A stretch of 64,000 nucleotides of DNA from Thermoanaerobaculia bacterium (GTDB lineage: Bacteria > Acidobacteriota > Thermoanaerobaculia > Multivoradales > Multivoraceae): the NCBI GenBank assembly GCA_963664405.1, contig OY761158.1, positions 6,304,001-6,368,000 of the forward strand, in the 5' to 3' direction. Under the pieces are notes generated by a model, which ran no database searches, was not told the DNA's origin, and saw only the letters and a list, made by a program, of their open reading frames with translations. Both the position numbers and the translations under genes were made by a program. Shown here in pieces: positions 61,720 to 64,000 of this stretch (position 1 is the stretch's first letter; each line of letters opens with the position of its first letter).

Positions 61720-62622
61720 ATGACCCATCGTACGATGGCACTGCGCTCGAGCCTGTCCCTCGTCTTTTACCTGGCACTCGCCGGTGGCACGGTGGTGGCG
61801 CAGGACGCACCCCGGACCGAGCTGGGGAGGCGTCTGCTCGAGAATCATGGCGACGGCGCCTTCCTCCGCCTGGAGGAAGTGAAGCTGAGGCCAGCCGTCG
61901 CCTACCCGGACGGGACAGCGTTCGGTCTTAAGACTCCCACAGCCGCCTACCAGGCCTATCTCACGGGCCTGCGTGCGGTCGAGGAAGAGGCCGGCGTGAC
62001 GACCCTGCTCGTGAACAACGTCCTGCGCCGGACGACACCCGGCCGCCCAGAGGACTGGCCCATCAAACCCTACTGCGACTGGGACATCGTGGTGTTGAAG
62101 CAATACCCGAGCTGGCGGGCGTGGGAAACGGTGGAGGGGAGCGCAGCGCAGGAGGCGGCCCTCGTGCATCGCGAGGCCGCGGTGGAGGCCGAGCAGGTGG
62201 TGGTGGGCGTGGCGCGGCAGCCACCCGCAGCGCCGCGGCAGGCCGCCTCCGCCGACCCGGCCGACCCGGCAATGCATGTGGTGAACCTCATCAGGCTCCG
62301 CGAGGAGGCCTACTACCCCGACGGCGAGCATCCCGGCTCGTCCGGCCTCGAAGCCTACGGACGCTACCGCGGTGGCGGGGAGCTGGCGACCCTGGACCGC
62401 GAGCTCCTGGTCGGCGCCGACGTCCCCGACGCGCTCAACCCTCCCGACGTCCGCTGGTGGCGCCTGAACATCGTGCGCTACCCCAGCTTGCGCGACTTCA
62501 TGGAGATAGAACTGACCCCCGAGTTCCGCAGCATCTACCGCCACAAGGTGGCGGGCCTGAGTCCGATCTGCAGCCCGGCCACCGTGCCGACCCTGCCCGA
62601 GTCATCGCTGGGTGGCGAGTAG
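61720..62622 (+). CDS. Exported tandem DUF1330-like protein, paralogue of 29244-30182
   Basis: AQDAPRTELG, CDWDIVVLKQYPS, LNIVRYPS. Confidence 0.7.
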   Translation: MTHRTMALRSSLSLVFYLALAGGTVVAQDAPRTELGRRLLENHGDGAFLRLEEVKLRPAVAYPDGTAFGLKTPTAAYQAYLTGLRAVEEEAGVTTLLVNNVLRRTTPGRPEDWPIKPYCDWDIVVLKQYPSWRAWETVEGSAAQEAALVHREAAVEAEQVVVGVARQPPAAPRQAASADPADPAMHVVNLIRLREEAYYPDGEHPGSSGLEAYGRYRGGGELATLDRELLVGADVPDALNPPDVRWWRLNIVRYPSLRDFMEIELTPEFRSIYRHKVAGLSPICSPATVPTLPESSLGGE

Positions 62623-62777
62623 CAAGCGCAGCACCATGATGAGCGAAGCGCAACGGGGGGTCCCAGATAAGGAACTTCTCTTGATCGTCGCCGAAGGGCG
62701 CGGCCAACGATCAGCGCAAAGACGGAGCGGGCCGGGAGGACGCGAGGGGCAGGTAGGCGCTCGTCGACCGGTTCGGA

Positions 62778-63932
62778 TCAGGAAAGGGCCCCCGCCCACA
62801 ACTCCGCAAGGAACTCGGTGTAGGGAAGCACTTCTACTCCATCGATCTGGCGCCTTCGAGACTCGAGGGAAACGCACAGATAGCGGCGCAACTTTTTCTC
62901 CTCGGCCAGGGCTCGGAGGGGTCGCAGATCCTTCGCCGAGACGTTCTTCTTGGCCTTCACCTCGATCGCCGTGTGCTCGCCGAGGATGAAGTCGACCTCG
63001 AAGCCCGAGGTGGAGCGCCAATAGTGCAGTGACTCTTTCGTGCGGTAGTCGCAGTACGTACGGAGCTCGTGCATCAGCCACGTCTCGAAGGCTGCGCCGA
63101 ACTCAGGTGTCCCCTGCCGCACCTGACGACCCTGGAGCGCACCGACGACTCCGACGTCGAAAAAGTAGTACTTCGAGGAGACGATCGGCTTGCGACGGAT
63201 CGAGCGACGCCAAGCCGGGAGCTCGAGGAGGATGAGAGTGTCCTTCAAGATCTCGAAGTACTCATAGACCGTTGTTCGAGGCACTTGGGCATCATTCGAG
63301 ACATTGGTGAAGTTGACGGTCGTGCCGTTGCACCACGCTGCCACCTGCAGAAAACGGCTGAAGGCGGGCACGTTGCGCATCGCGCTCTCGGCGATGATCT
63401 CCTGCTGAAGGTAGGAGCCGGTGTAGGCATCGAGGTCGGCCGCCAAGTCGCTCGAGAAGTAGATCGACGGCAGGGTGCCACCTTCGATGGCCCGTGCCAA
63501 GCTGAAGTGCTCACCGAGCTCGAGCCACGTGAGTGGATGGAGGTATCGCGTACGCGCTCTACCCCCCAAGAGGTTGACGCCTCCGCGGCGCAGCTTGCGG
63601 GCACTCGATCCGGTGAGGAGAAAATGGATCCCGCGCTCCTCGATGAGTCGGTGGACCTCGTTGAGGAGGATCGGAAGTCGCTGAATCTCATCGATCGCGA
63701 CGATCCCGACGTTCGCCCCGAGCCCCTCGCCGAGCCGACCGGGATTCCTACTCAACGACAGAAAGACGGAGCTGTCAAGAAGGTCATAGACCTCCGCCTG
63801 CGGAAGCTGGCGTCGAATCAGAGTCGTCTTGCCGGTCTGGCGCGGCCCGAGAAGGAAGTGCGACTTCTCCTCCAGGAGCGCCGCGAGGTCGAGACTTCTC
63901 TCAATCTCCGAATGAGCTGGCCTCGTCGGCAT
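62778..63932 (-). CDS. AAA_14 ATPase with DUF4143 domain
   Basis: GPRQTGKT, IDEIQR, TGSSARKL, YFFDVG, EVDF, IEVK. Confidence 0.9.
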   Translation of the reverse strand: MPTRPAHSEIERSLDLAALLEEKSHFLLGPRQTGKTTLIRRQLPQAEVYDLLDSSVFLSLSRNPGRLGEGLGANVGIVAIDEIQRLPILLNEVHRLIEERGIHFLLTGSSARKLRRGGVNLLGGRARTRYLHPLTWLELGEHFSLARAIEGGTLPSIYFSSDLAADLDAYTGSYLQQEIIAESAMRNVPAFSRFLQVAAWCNGTTVNFTNVSNDAQVPRTTVYEYFEILKDTLILLELPAWRRSIRRKPIVSSKYYFFDVGVVGALQGRQVRQGTPEFGAAFETWLMHELRTYCDYRTKESLHYWRSTSGFEVDFILGEHTAIEVKAKKNVSAKDLRPLRALAEEKKLRRYLCVSLESRRRQIDGVEVLPYTEFLAELWAGALS

Positions 63933-64000
63933 TTATGTCATTTATCATGTCAAATGACAATTATAAGGTCAATAGTGATGAAATCGATTCGTAATCAGCA

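Noticed and set aside
1-64000. Genome-wide UGA reassignment (code 4/25)
   Set aside because: Many genes end properly at TGA (e.g. 12698, 14724, 16237, 41625); readthrough is confined to specific motifs with hairpins

Overview
GC-rich bacterial window; the gene style suggests an Acidobacteriota-like organism, which is inference only. 1-12.7 kb looks like core genome: GT2, GT4, TPR protein, pcm, APC permease, radical SAM, PolX, NUDIX, serine hydrolase and a PQQ propeller. 12.7-33.5 kb and 45.6-64 kb form an accessory region with shared paralogues. It holds four clear UGA-recoded selenoprotein genes missed by the ORF track (two signal-peptide AhpC/TSA-DsbD-N fusions with UPYC, two GrdB/PrdB-like with UxxC), each with a SECIS-like hairpin. 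It also holds four DUF3604-like metallohydrolases, five DUF1330-like proteins, sulfatases and four toxin-antitoxin modules set among repeat families. A fifth in-frame UGA sits at the catalytic Tyr position of a Tat-exported serine hydrolase. At 33.7-45.1 kb a TonB-dependent receptor is split by nested elements (IS30 > IS21 > 3.35-kb serine-recombinase element, plus an IS3 remnant), and every junction can be reconstructed in frame. The most novel signal is in the innermost element. Its DUF5372-like gene appears to gain a promoter, a Shine-Dalgarno and a start codon only when the element circularises, i.e. an att-split, excision-activated gene.
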